Origin: Neoechinorhynchus agilis
Lineage: Eukaryota; Animalia; Acanthocephala
Reading direction: 5' to 3'
Assembly: GCA_051530055.1 (NCBI GenBank)
Contig: CM121343.1
Span: 1,954,389 to 2,018,388, forward strand
DNA length: 64,000 bases
In this document: in pieces, positions 50,011-60,668 of the stretch
Numbering within the stretch: the stretch's first letter is position 1
Layout: the number at the start of each line of letters is the position of its first letter
The notes under the pieces: model-generated
What the model was told of the DNA's origin: nothing
Seen by the model: the letters and a program-made list of their open reading frames with translations, nothing else
Database searches by the model: none
Translations under genes and position numbers: made by a program

Positions 50011-50532
50011 GACGGCACATTGGATTCCTGACAAATATTAAAAATGTTTTTGGTAGAATTCGAATATCAGTAATCCTCTATCAAGATAACCTTTTAAATC
50101 ATGTGATGTGTTGCTAAAAATAAAATCCCGTTGATAATTTGATTCCAAGTGATCATGTGATCGAATAATTCGCTGCTGTTGAATGAGGACGTTAGAAAGG
50201 ATCTATTTCATGAAGCTTTAAGAAAACGAAATTCTGAGCAACACAAGTTAGAATCTGCATTGTCAATAAAGCAAGTATATATTTTTGTAATTGTTTTTGG
50301 ACCTGTTGTTCTGATGATAATGCGCGGATTGAGCAACAGTTTAAATGGTTTGTACATCTCTTCGATGTTAGCGGTCTTCGTGATGAGGATATGGATCGCA
50401 CGAATAGTTCATGTGTTCATCGAGACTTTCAAGGGAAAAGACTGCCACCTTTACATAAAGTATTGTGAACGTTATAGATCTCAAATTTATTTAACTGCAA
50501 AGTTTTTTAACCACAAAGTTCAAAAAAGGGCA

Positions 50533-52038
50533 ATGGAGACTCAAGCAACAACGACAAATCAAAATGCACCGATTAATAACGATCAGCGAGATCAGAGGGA
50601 CTACCGCAATCCGAACAATCATCCAACTCATGAGAATAACTTTACTAACGTTAATTTTCAAGGCCAACCCCAATTTCAGGAGCAGAGCTTTCAGACAACG
50701 ACAACCGCAATTTCGCCATCGAACCGCCAAACGTTGATCCCGCTATGTTCAATCTGTAATGAAGTTCACCCTTATGAAACCGTTCCAAATCAAAGACTGT
50801 TACCTGTGCCCGTTGTACCAGTTCAAAGTGCGAGATTTTACAGACTGCGAAGAGGGTACACCTTTAAATCCGATAGATTTAACTATGTTGCCCAATCGAT
50901 TATTGGCCACGGATCCTTTGCCAGTGTGATAAAATGCATCCAACAAGAAAGTGGAGTTCAGGTTGCGCTAAAGGTTCAAACTTACCGTTCGTCAATAACA
51001 AGCGATGCCGAAGTAAAAATTCTCCGAAAATTAGAGATTAATAAGGCACGTGATTTTAACATCGTTGCTACATTTGACGCTTTCCAACAGAATTGTCATC
51101 AATGTATTGCATTTGAAACGCTTGCGATAGACATGTTCCAATATCTCAAAAAGAGAGATTTCAAACCCTTGGCACTGAGATTTATAAGACCTATAGCAGA
51201 TCAGTGCTTTGCCGCTCTTGCAAAGTTGAGACAACTACGGATTATCCACGCTGATATCAAGCTGGATAATATCATGCTTGTTGATCCTGTTAAGCAGCCT
51301 TTCCGGATTAAGATTATTGATTTTGGGTGGGCTATCACTCCAGATCCAACGGCGAACTATACGTACATCCAAAATCGAATTTACCGTGCTCCCGAAATCA
51401 TAATCGGATACCAATTCATCGAGTCAATCGACATGTGGAGTCTAGCCGTAACTCTGGTGACACTCTATCTCGGATGCTATATGTATCCCGGATATTTTGA
51501 GTTCGAGCAACTCAAATACATTACGGACACTCAAGGACCTCTTCCCATGGACATGCTCATTCGCGGAACAAAAACTGCGCAATTTTTCGATGTATACAGG
51601 CAGAATTCCGGCGACCTTGTATTTGAGTTAAAGAACGTCAACTCCTACAACGCTGAAACGGGTCTTTTATTTCGGGAACGGCGACGATACCAACTTCATT
51701 CATTGGATGACCTTGCTATTCTGGTTTTGCGTGGCGAAAATATTGGTTCAAACGCCGCAGCCCAGCAACTTGACCGTCTATGTTTTACTGATTTGATGAA
51801 GAAAATGCTGACACTCGATCCACACGTTCGAATGAGTGCAATTCTTGGATTAGAACATCCATTTTTGACTTTGGATCATCTATTCGCTGAACCCGAATAC
51901 CTACAAGAGAGCCGCAATGATATGAAGGTTTGTCCAATTACAAGCTACCATCATAAACGTCTTCAGAACGAACAGAGACCGTTACTGAATACCTCGTGGC
52001 TTATTGAAGATTATAGGGGAACTCAGCGGAATATATGA
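50533..52038 (+). CDS. HIPK: Intact intronless HIPK-like (DYRK family) Ser/Thr kinase lacking the HIPK C-terminal domains; frame is open upstream to 50161
   Basis: GHGSFA, VALK, AEVKIL, HADIKLDN, IKIIDFGWA and YIQNRIYRAPEIIIG...IDMWSL...EQLKYITDTQG match the HIPK kinase domain, with catalytic residues present. Confidence 0.85.
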   Translation: METQATTTNQNAPINNDQRDQRDYRNPNNHPTHENNFTNVNFQGQPQFQEQSFQTTTTAISPSNRQTLIPLCSICNEVHPYETVPNQRLLPVPVVPVQSARFYRLRRGYTFKSDRFNYVAQSIIGHGSFASVIKCIQQESGVQVALKVQTYRSSITSDAEVKILRKLEINKARDFNIVATFDAFQQNCHQCIAFETLAIDMFQYLKKRDFKPLALRFIRPIADQCFAALAKLRQLRIIHADIKLDNIMLVDPVKQPFRIKIIDFGWAITPDPTANYTYIQNRIYRAPEIIIGYQFIESIDMWSLAVTLVTLYLGCYMYPGYFEFEQLKYITDTQGPLPMDMLIRGTKTAQFFDVYRQNSGDLVFELKNVNSYNAETGLLFRERRRYQLHSLDDLAILVLRGENIGSNAAAQQLDRLCFTDLMKKMLTLDPHVRMSAILGLEHPFLTLDHLFAEPEYLQESRNDMKVCPITSYHHKRLQNEQRPLLNTSWLIEDYRGTQRNI

Positions 52039-52214
52039 CACGAAGACTCTTCGGACAAGAATTTCATCATTTCGACAACAATCTTGGAATTTAAAAATAA
52101 AACGCTTGGTCAATATTTCTTGCATGGCGCAATGCTATATTTATAGAAGAGACAAAAATTTAAACGGATTTATCAAGAAAATACAGAATCCATTTCGTTG
52201 AATTTTATTAGTAC

Positions 52215-53110
52215 AAAATACTTTTCGTCATACGAAGTACAACATCTCAATGAACTACTTCGAAATTCGCCTCTCCCAAACTGGGTTCTTCGCTGCATCA
52301 TCCCCGAACTTCTCGACCCTCTTACCCACATTATAAACCTCAGCTTTTTATATAGCATCTAACCCTCTTTCCTGAAAACTGCCAAAGTTATACTCGTTCC
52401 AAAAAAGGGCATCCTATTTCGGTCGAATCATTCCGTTCAACTTCCATTCTACCCGTTCTTTCAAAAATCATCGAAAAATGTTTCAAATCTTGCCTTCTTC
52501 CACTCCACGAAAAGTTATCGCCCCTACAATTTGGCTTCCTACTCTGATTTTCTGCAACCGATGCCCTGCTTTGCATTTATGACACGCTCCTACGTAACCT
52601 CGACAATAATCCCTCCCATGTCACCCGTCTCCTTCAACTTGATTTATCTGAAGCTTTCGACTCAGTGGACCATCCACTCCTTCTCCGGGCCTGCTCCGAT
52701 TTTGGTCTCAACTTGTGGCAGATCCGCTGGCTCGAATCTTATCTTCTCAATCACAAACATTACATTCACTGCCGTTCTACCTCTTCAATCAGCCTATCCA
52801 TCACGCTGTGCTGTCATCACTTCTCTTTAATATTTTCCTAAACAACCTCAAACCTCTCTTCTTTCACTCTAAACTTTTCTTATACGCTGACGATATCGCC
52901 CTCATCACCCATTCACCACCCCACCTCTCCCTTTCTTTAACCTCTAAAGAAATCACATGGGAGATTTCTGCACCAATTAAAAACTCTACCTGAATTTCTC
53001 TAAATGCTTCGAAATGATCCCATCTTTGTCCCTCAATCAAACTTGAAATGGGACTCGAAAATTTCTAATTCCCTCAAACACAATACCTTTAAAATCTACC
53101 TACTCAAACG
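52215..53110 (+). pseudogene. Degenerate CR1/L2-like LINE RT fragment
   Basis: Broken frames: PLTHIINLSF, KTAKVILVPKKG, SILPVLSKIIEK, LQFGF, DLSEAFDSVDH, LFNIFLN, LYADD. Confidence 0.75.
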
Positions 53111-54341
53111 ACCCCACCTAATGACAAATCGATATCTTTTTCATGGAAGCCGAGTGCCATTCGAGCTTTGGCAACTCGAATACCTACGTTATGCTTTTCA
53201 TTAATTTGGAACACTTCGCTTCCCCTGGACCAAAGTTTGCTCTTTTCCTTCCATGTTTTTGGTATGAAAGTCGATGCACACAAATGTGGAATTAGGATTC
53301 GTTGGGTGGAAAATACGAAAAGTGAAATACAATAAACTAAATAATTTTTTGTAATGAGGGAACATTTAGAAATCGAGTCATTTAAAGAACATCTTATAGC
53401 TACCAAAATGTTTCTTAACCGAATGGCGGGGAAGAGGAAAACGCCGAGTATCGATATCTTTCGCTAATTGGTCGTAATTTTTTAACTTGGCACGCACCTA
53501 GGAATTTCACACTTTGGTTTCTAAGACGCGCGTTAGTCCTTAAATCTCGAGAGATAACTGGACCGTCACATCATTTAATACCAATTAAGACATTATTTCG
53601 ATTGGTGTCATCTGCGCTCTTCTTCTAATTTTTATTCGCAACTACGTTACTCTAAAACAAGCATTAAGTGAACAGTTCCGGGAATTAATTAAAAAATGGT
53701 CCAAAATGCAAACGGCTATTGGCTCGCCTGGCTTCCGGATCCCAAAATACTCCGCGAATATATTTTGAATATTCCCAAATCAATGCGTCGCTGTGTTGGA
53801 TATTAAGACATTAAGAACCCGAACTATTCAAGAATATAACTAATCGTTAGATTTCGATTGTTTTGGTCAGGCAAAATAAAAGAAATAATTTAATTTTAAT
53901 TTTATGTTTCGTCCTTTACGTTGGACATCTTCAGAATTGTAAAGTGTTTTATTTGTAAAAATCTACACAATTCTAGTTCCACGTAGAAGACGAAACATTA
54001 ATCAAATTAAATTAATTTTCATTATTTCGCCTGACAAAAAATCTATGGATAACATCTTTACAATATTTCGATTTATAGTGTTGATCTGAATACGCTCGTT
54101 CGGTCTGTATGAAATACATTCATGCCTTTCATTGTTACTTATTTGAAGCTTTTACCATTAAAAAGTAAAATATGTGAGCTAAAACAGCTTTGAAAAAAAG
54201 CACAAAGATGATGTTATTCCTGTAACTAATTTCATCCAAGTTGAATTCGACAAATGCATCGCCTTTGAACGTTTCACTGAGCTGCTTGTGGTACTCCCTA
54301 ATGTAACGTGTTCGCTAAAATATACAATTCATTTCAGATAA

Positions 54342-54581
54342 ATGTCAGAACTGACTAGACTCTACAAAGAGATAATTCGCGTGTCATCTCGATTCTGCAA
54401 TTACAATATACGGAAATATTTCGTCGATCGAGCTCACTACCAATTTAAGTTTGCTGTGGTGGATCCTTCTATTGATATTGAAACTTTCATTAGCAATAAA
54501 AGGGCGGAGCTTAAGATCATAAAGAGATTGACGTCAATTTCAGCTCTATATCCCATTGACAAACCTCCTGTCATTGATTAA
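54342..54581 (+). CDS. LYRM4: LYR-motif protein 4 / ISD11 (Fe-S cluster assembly)
   Basis: 79 aa: LYKEIIRVSSRFCNYNIRKYFVDRA...ELKIIKRLTSISALY...VID, the ISD11 pattern. Confidence 0.85.
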   Translation: MSELTRLYKEIIRVSSRFCNYNIRKYFVDRAHYQFKFAVVDPSIDIETFISNKRAELKIIKRLTSISALYPIDKPPVID

Positions 54582-54895
54582 TTTATTTAATAATATGATT
54601 TAACGAATGTGGAGGTTAAATGGTAGTCATTCTGAAGAAAAATCTTGCTTGATATTGATGAGTTCAGCAGTTTGCAGCGTTTGCTCTACAATTTTTTAAC
54701 CATTAAATTTTATTTGTTAAAGTACAAAACGTGCAATCACCACCGTCCGTAATTTGAGAGGCATTTTTAACATTTTGCTTTTTTAAACGTTTTGAGGGCA
54801 TATAGGGCTTTTCTAATGGGTTTTAATGCTCAAACTGTTCCTAAATCGACGAAACCTTGGTCTCATTCAAACTGCACAAAATTCTTGTATATTTG

Positions 54896-55184
54896 ACGTT
54901 GGCGAATCCTGTTCCCGGCGTTATCGGCACTAATTTAAAATATTTGAGAGATATTTCACAAATAAATGAGTAACGATGGGGACAGGATTCGCCAACGTAC
55001 AATCAAATTCACCCAGAGGACAATGATATATGACATTCTTGTACGAATCCTGTTCCCGGTGTTATCGACACAAATTTAAAATATTTGAGAGATATTTCAC
55101 AAATAAATGAGTAACGATGGGGACAGGATTCGCCAACGTACAATCAAATTCACCCAGAGGACAATGATATATGACATTCTTGTA
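54896..55184. mobile_element. MITE-like 103-bp element (about 21-bp TIRs) within a 141-bp tandem duplication
   Basis: acgttggcgaatcctgttccc (54896) vs gggacaggattcgccaacgt (ends 54998). Units 54903-55043 and 55044-55184 are near-identical. Confidence 0.65.
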
Positions 55185-55453
55185 TGTTGCAGTGTGCGTT
55201 TGTAAATGTGAACCTTAAGCTTATCTAATCGAATGCTCAGACGAAAGCAACCAATAATCGCATTTATTCTCATTCAGCATGTTAAATGCAGTGCTCTAAC
55301 TTTACCGACATTGAGCCATTTTTGTTTACCACAAATCTTGGAAGATTATAAGAAATAAGACCACCGTTTATTAAGGACATTCAATAAGTTCCTCCTAAGG
55401 AGTAATCTCAGATAATATATCCGATTTATTACACTTTTACAAATAAGCGTATG

Positions 55454-57655
55454 TTACTCATTTCCCTCACAGCTAAGTGAAGCCTCCATTGCAACCGAGT
55501 TCTCAAAGATTGGCAATGTTCGTAATAACTTTAAAATATAAGGCCTTCTTCTACAACTTTTCGCAATAATATGTGCGTTTTTGCTTAATGTGGTGAGTTC
55601 TGAGATATGAGCAGCGATTTTGTACATCTTTTCGTAGTTCAGAGTATTTCCTTCTAGAACATCAGGCATAACTTCAGTCAAGTAATGAATATCCTTAAGC
55701 TCCACACAGAAAAACGGAATGCATATTGAGTTCGATGTTTGCTTTAACTTTGCCAGAGCTCCCCTATACGAGGCGAAATTGTTCGAAACGTCAAGTAAAG
55801 ATCGATAGTACGTAAATCGAGTATTATGACTGACGGATACCAAAGGCCAAGTCTTTTTTAGTCTACGAACTGCAGTGTGGTCCATACCACCAATGATAGC
55901 TAGTGCAGAATTAAAATTTTTCATCTTGATGAGGAATTCGATTACATCTACGAAATACTCAATAACGCGTATCCTCTTGCGGCGCTTTAATTGCTTAACA
56001 ATCTCAGTAGTTGCGAAGTAGCCAAGGCGGTTCACCCAACTAACGTAGGCGTCAAGATTAAAGGTCCGTTTTATCGCATTGCTGGCATCTTTCTTATCAG
56101 TGCCCAGGTATTGAATATACTCTTCAGGACCGATATACTCCAAATGTTCTACTTCCAAAATGTACAATTGTTCTGCTAACACCGCAGGATCCTCATGCTG
56201 ATCGATTATTGATATATTCAATAAGTTCTTGTCGGTTTTATTTTCCAGATCGCGATCCTTTTCGTATTTTTCGAGACCTCTTAACTAAAATAAACGTATA
56301 ATGCATAAGACAATATTTGCATAAGTCAGAAAATCTAATTCCCGGTCAGAGATAGAATTTTGGGTGAAAGATATGAAATGGAGTTTTACTAAAATTGCTG
56401 TATTGTTGTCGACGGACAGTGTAAAATGGCACTCATTTTGTAGTGAGGTCCTCTTGTAAAACTCAAAGCCAATGATTATCAAAAAGGTCATTGAACGTAC
56501 GGGATTTCAGATAAGGATAAAATGATCCGACAACTCTGGTTATCGTTGGCTTATATTAAATTGATGTCCTCCCGCCTTAAATTAAAAAGTGCGAAACTTA
56601 TCAGAAAAATGAGTAGCATATACTCATTGCTTCAATAAAAAGGTTCAGATCCAAGTATTTACTACCTACCTCGTTTAAGAGCGATTTGATTGCAAAGCGA
56701 ACATCCATGCAGATATTGGGATTGTACTTTAGACAAGCTGTTACCAAGTGCTTCAAATCGTTCATTAAAGCAGGATTACGAAAATCGTATGGCATCGAGT
56801 AAATCCAGTACGAAATTATAAACATTACATGATTTGTTCTGACTGTAATATCGGTATCCGCGGACGTAGTGACTACAAATATCCTTTTGACGATTTCAGG
56901 CAAAACATCAACAATGCTCATGAACCGCCGAATATTTAAGAAGAAGACAAACATAAGTTCCTGCGAAGGAATATATCCGCGCCTGGGTGTAACAGACGAA
57001 ATGAATTGATCGATGTAGGTATTTATGGTCGAACTTTGAGGATCCTTCTGTTTTCTTGGTAATTTTGGATTCGATTTCAGCATATTTTTGTTTAAATGTG
57101 AGCTTTTATTGAATTCAGAGTGGTTGGTAGCATTGAACGCGTGTTCGGTTGATGCTGAACTTTTGTTACGAGCGTTGAAGGAGTAAACAATGTTTGGATG
57201 TTTTTCGATAGACTGTATATCCGAATGCCTAATCTCGTTGGGATATGCATGAGCATCAACAACAGCGTCTGAATCCATTATGTGTTGCGTATCGATATTC
57301 ACGCCACATTCTCGTGGTTCAACACCGATCTCCCAAGTAGCGTTTTGTGTCAACGATGCATTCTTTACAGTCTAAGAGACCGATTAGACTATAAAGCGTA
57401 CTTCTCAAGAAAATCTGTTTGTTTAGTTAGATTTCTCGGGGATCTTTTTACGTTCGATGAGGAAACTAAGAAATCACCCAAATAACTGAGATCCTCCGGC
57501 GTTTTCCTTACAGTGAAATCATCAAAATCATAAATGGATCTCGGGTTATTAACAGACAAATTTAAAGGTCGGTGATTAGTCGTTGCTATGTTCCTCGGTG
57601 TCGATTTAGGACGCTTATAGTCCTGTTGCTGCACATTATGTTCATTAAATGCCAT
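55454..57655 (-). CDS. RASGEF1: RasGEF1-type guanine nucleotide exchange factor (REM + CDC25 domains)
   Basis: REM segment (YIPSQELMFVFFLNIRRF...YWIYSMPYDFRN) is spliced (LLNE|LRGLE, ~56669 to 56286) to the CDC25 domain (LAEQLYILE...WVNRLGY...NFNSALAIIGGM..TAVRRLKKTW...NFASYR...IPFF). The 5' exon junction near 57390 is unresolved. Confidence 0.85.
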
Positions 57656-58059
57656 GATAAAAAGTTGACCTGTTGTTCCTGCTGAAATGCAAGACTGTTC
57701 TCTTGTGCGTTGGCAGAAATCCGGGTTAGGAATGGGTGTTGGACGGGGCAGTTAAGAGATAGAAAATGGTAGGGAAAATTATTTAGCACACGTCATTTCT
57801 ATGCCCGTTGTGAGAACCTAAAGGAATTTAATGTTTCCTACGCTATACTCATGGAGCGCAGCGCCGGCTTTTAGACAGTGACGATTATACAACATACACA
57901 CACATCAAAGTGAGCGTAGCTACTTTCATAGGAAGGAGAAATATGCGAGGAAACCCCGTGTAGATCACAAACATTGGTGTTATCAACGATTTAGGTATCT
58001 TCATTAAGAATTTGGCGAATTGTTACACACTCGAGTTTTATTATCGAAATCCTCATTGC

Positions 58060-58860
58060 GAATTGAATTTTCCTCGGCTAACGACGCTTGAGAAGAAGGC
58101 TGAGGCATTGAAAATTTGCAATGAAGAGTTCAATGAAACTCGAGTGGGAGAACAATTCGCCATTGAGAATACACTCGAACGAACAATTGGATTGTTCGAT
58201 TTAGATTCTAAAAGTGTTATATAGGTGTTTACTCGGTAAATAAATTTTTATTGAATACGTTTCGAACCACGTCTCGCATTCATAAGTCCATGATGAACCC
58301 GACGAGGTTCGAAACGTCTTTAATCGAAAAAAATCTTCGATCGTTTTGGTTCTAGACGTTTTGACTTGAGCGGTGGGCAGCGGGCGCAAATCCAGAGCGC
58401 CCCAGGTTAGAAAATGAGGCACATTAATGTAAATAAAGGAATTACAACACCGATTACCAAGAGCCTAATAGGTATCATGAAAATAATAAAAATATTACCA
58501 TGCTACCAGCGTAAGGGGATGACTGCAGCGCTGATTTGAGTGTATTTAATAATATATTCATTTTATTAAACTTTTCTGAAGCAGCAAAATAAATCTCTAT
58601 CAATGTATTTTAAATATGCTTAATCATCTTAAAATTGAGGTCACATCGATTAATTTGACTTTTGAATTTAATAGGGAGCCACGTCGGAAACATCCACTTT
58701 CTTTAGCACTAATGACTTACCTAAAAGAAGACAATCTTACAATAACAAGAGCAAAGATCCTACAGTCAATAAGTTGGACGTTTTTAACCATTCCAGGGGC
58801 AGCCTGGAAATGGAAGCGTGAGGACTCATGCCATGTGACATTATGCAAAAATCAATAAAT
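58060..58860 (+). pseudogene. Possible pogo/Tigger transposase relic, interrupted by the fold-back element
   Basis: RLTTLEKKAEALKIC (psq-HTH-like) and DNLTITRAKIL...GAAWKWKR (CENP-B-HTH-like) fragments. Weak. Confidence 0.25.
58232..58335. mobile_element. Second, degraded copy of the 26487-26653 fold-back/hammerhead element
   Basis: cggtaaat...acgtttcgaacc.cgtc / atgatgaacccgacgaggttcgaaacgtctttaatcg aligns with the arms and spacer of 26487-26653. Confidence 0.65.
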
Positions 58861-60180
58861 GAAGCGGTTAAAAAATTAATTGTTTATCGGATTATGATTT
58901 TTAAACGTTTGATTTTAAGCGTTGAAGTTAATATTCCTTACATGGCTGATTTTTGGGCACACAGCTCACTGATTTTGGTCAGGGAAGCACATTAAATCAT
59001 ACTTAAAACCCCTCGAATATGCGGTAACGAGTTTGTACACCCTTCGGATCTTCAGATACCTCCCCCGAGGAGGTGGGAATCATTAGTGAGTTCTCTCCAT
59101 GGTTGTGTAGTCGTGTAGGGTATTCACTTAAACGCTTAAATTTTGACTTGTACGTTTAGGAAAGGAAAGCAAATCAAGACTTCTTATTTAAACGTACAAA
59201 CGTTTTTACTCGCTTTGATGAGATTTACAAAGCTCCAATTCTCACCTCGGCATCTACGTTACCGGAGGTCCGGCTTATATGTTTATTAGATAAAAAGTAA
59301 ACCTGACCTTTGAAAACATAGAGACAGATATGCGAATTAAACCTATGTTAATCCGATGAAGACTAAAATATCCGTGTACTGCAAAAATGACAGGAAGGCA
59401 CATAAACGAATCTGCCAATTAAATGTTATAAAGATATTTCGAAATAGGAAAGAGAAAATCGTTGTTAGATTTATTTTGAGGAGTTTTATACCACAGATAA
59501 TTTATAAAAGTTACGATGGGAACAGAGGAACATCTTTATTTTCCATTGCCTCAAGAATCTAGCATTCCCTTTCTGGATCGCTGATTCTCTAATAAAAATA
59601 GTTGGCTACACGGCTTTTCTTTGTTGTTCCCACTAATAATATTCTAACCTTGGTTAACAATTCTGCGGTGAATGCCGATATTCTTTTCTTATACTCCATA
59701 TATTATTCTGCAGCAATAAAGCCGCACAGACACAGTTCCTAGACCACTTTGATAACGTTGGAATATCCAACACCAAAAGGATTCAATTCCGTTTTATCCA
59801 GGGCCAATATTTTCGAGACTACGATCGCTTGACTCGAATAACTAGGTGGTGCAAAAGTGAATTCACCAGGAACGCAGGGGCCTAGAAAATTCCAGTGTTC
59901 TCAGGTGTCTTTGAATCCTCGTACTGATTACTAAATAGATGAATAGTGAATTGATCATTGAGCCACCAAAATCGATACAAAAACAAGTAGCGACTAAAAT
60001 CTTGGCACCCCAACCGAACCCGTCGTGCATTTCAAAATCAATAGCCACATTCATTTAACCTATCAGAACTATTCCAATATCGCATCTTACCGAAATTTAA
60101 AGCTGTTTTCATAAGAAAATCGATACAGATTTAGGGCATCCCTTCCCCGGCATTTTTCCTTCTTGGCATGAAGTCACGCG

Positions 60181-60565
60181 GAGTTTGTACATTCTTGTCC
60201 GGATTCTAAGATACCTCCAGAAGGCGGAACTTTCCTTCGGCGATATTTCGTCCACTTTGTTTATGCGTCACAGGCGATCGTGGATATTGAACCCTTTGAC
60301 CCTGAAATATGGATTCATGGCTCAAGCCCACTTCACCTTTTCAACACAACTACGGAATGTACAAACTCGGCCAGTATTTTAGCTCGGGGTAAGTGTTGAA
60401 TTCTTAAATGTTTTTACTGGCAAGCCAGTTCTATTGATTCAGATTTAGGAGATTATCATAACACTTCCTTAACAACAACACACCAACGCGCTGCCACACC
60501 ACTACCACAATAATCATTGGCACACTCTACATACGTCACCCGTCACCGCAATATTGATCACCACA
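60181..60565 (-). repeat. Extra LTR copy next to the 3' LTR at 60669-61063
   Basis: gagtttgtacattcttgtcc...gatcaccaca repeats 60675-61063. Confidence 0.8.
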
Positions 60566-60668
60566 GACATTCCTTCTCCGGCATCTTTTGTTTTTCCTTC
60601 TTGCCATGAAGCCACACCGATCTCTTACATCACTGAAGTGATTGAATCACTTAGAATCTGATGCATAC

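Noticed and set aside
59300-59900. Possible Tc1/mariner (DD37D-like) transposase relic on the minus strand
   Set aside because: Only faint motif resemblance across stops, and no TIRs identified.
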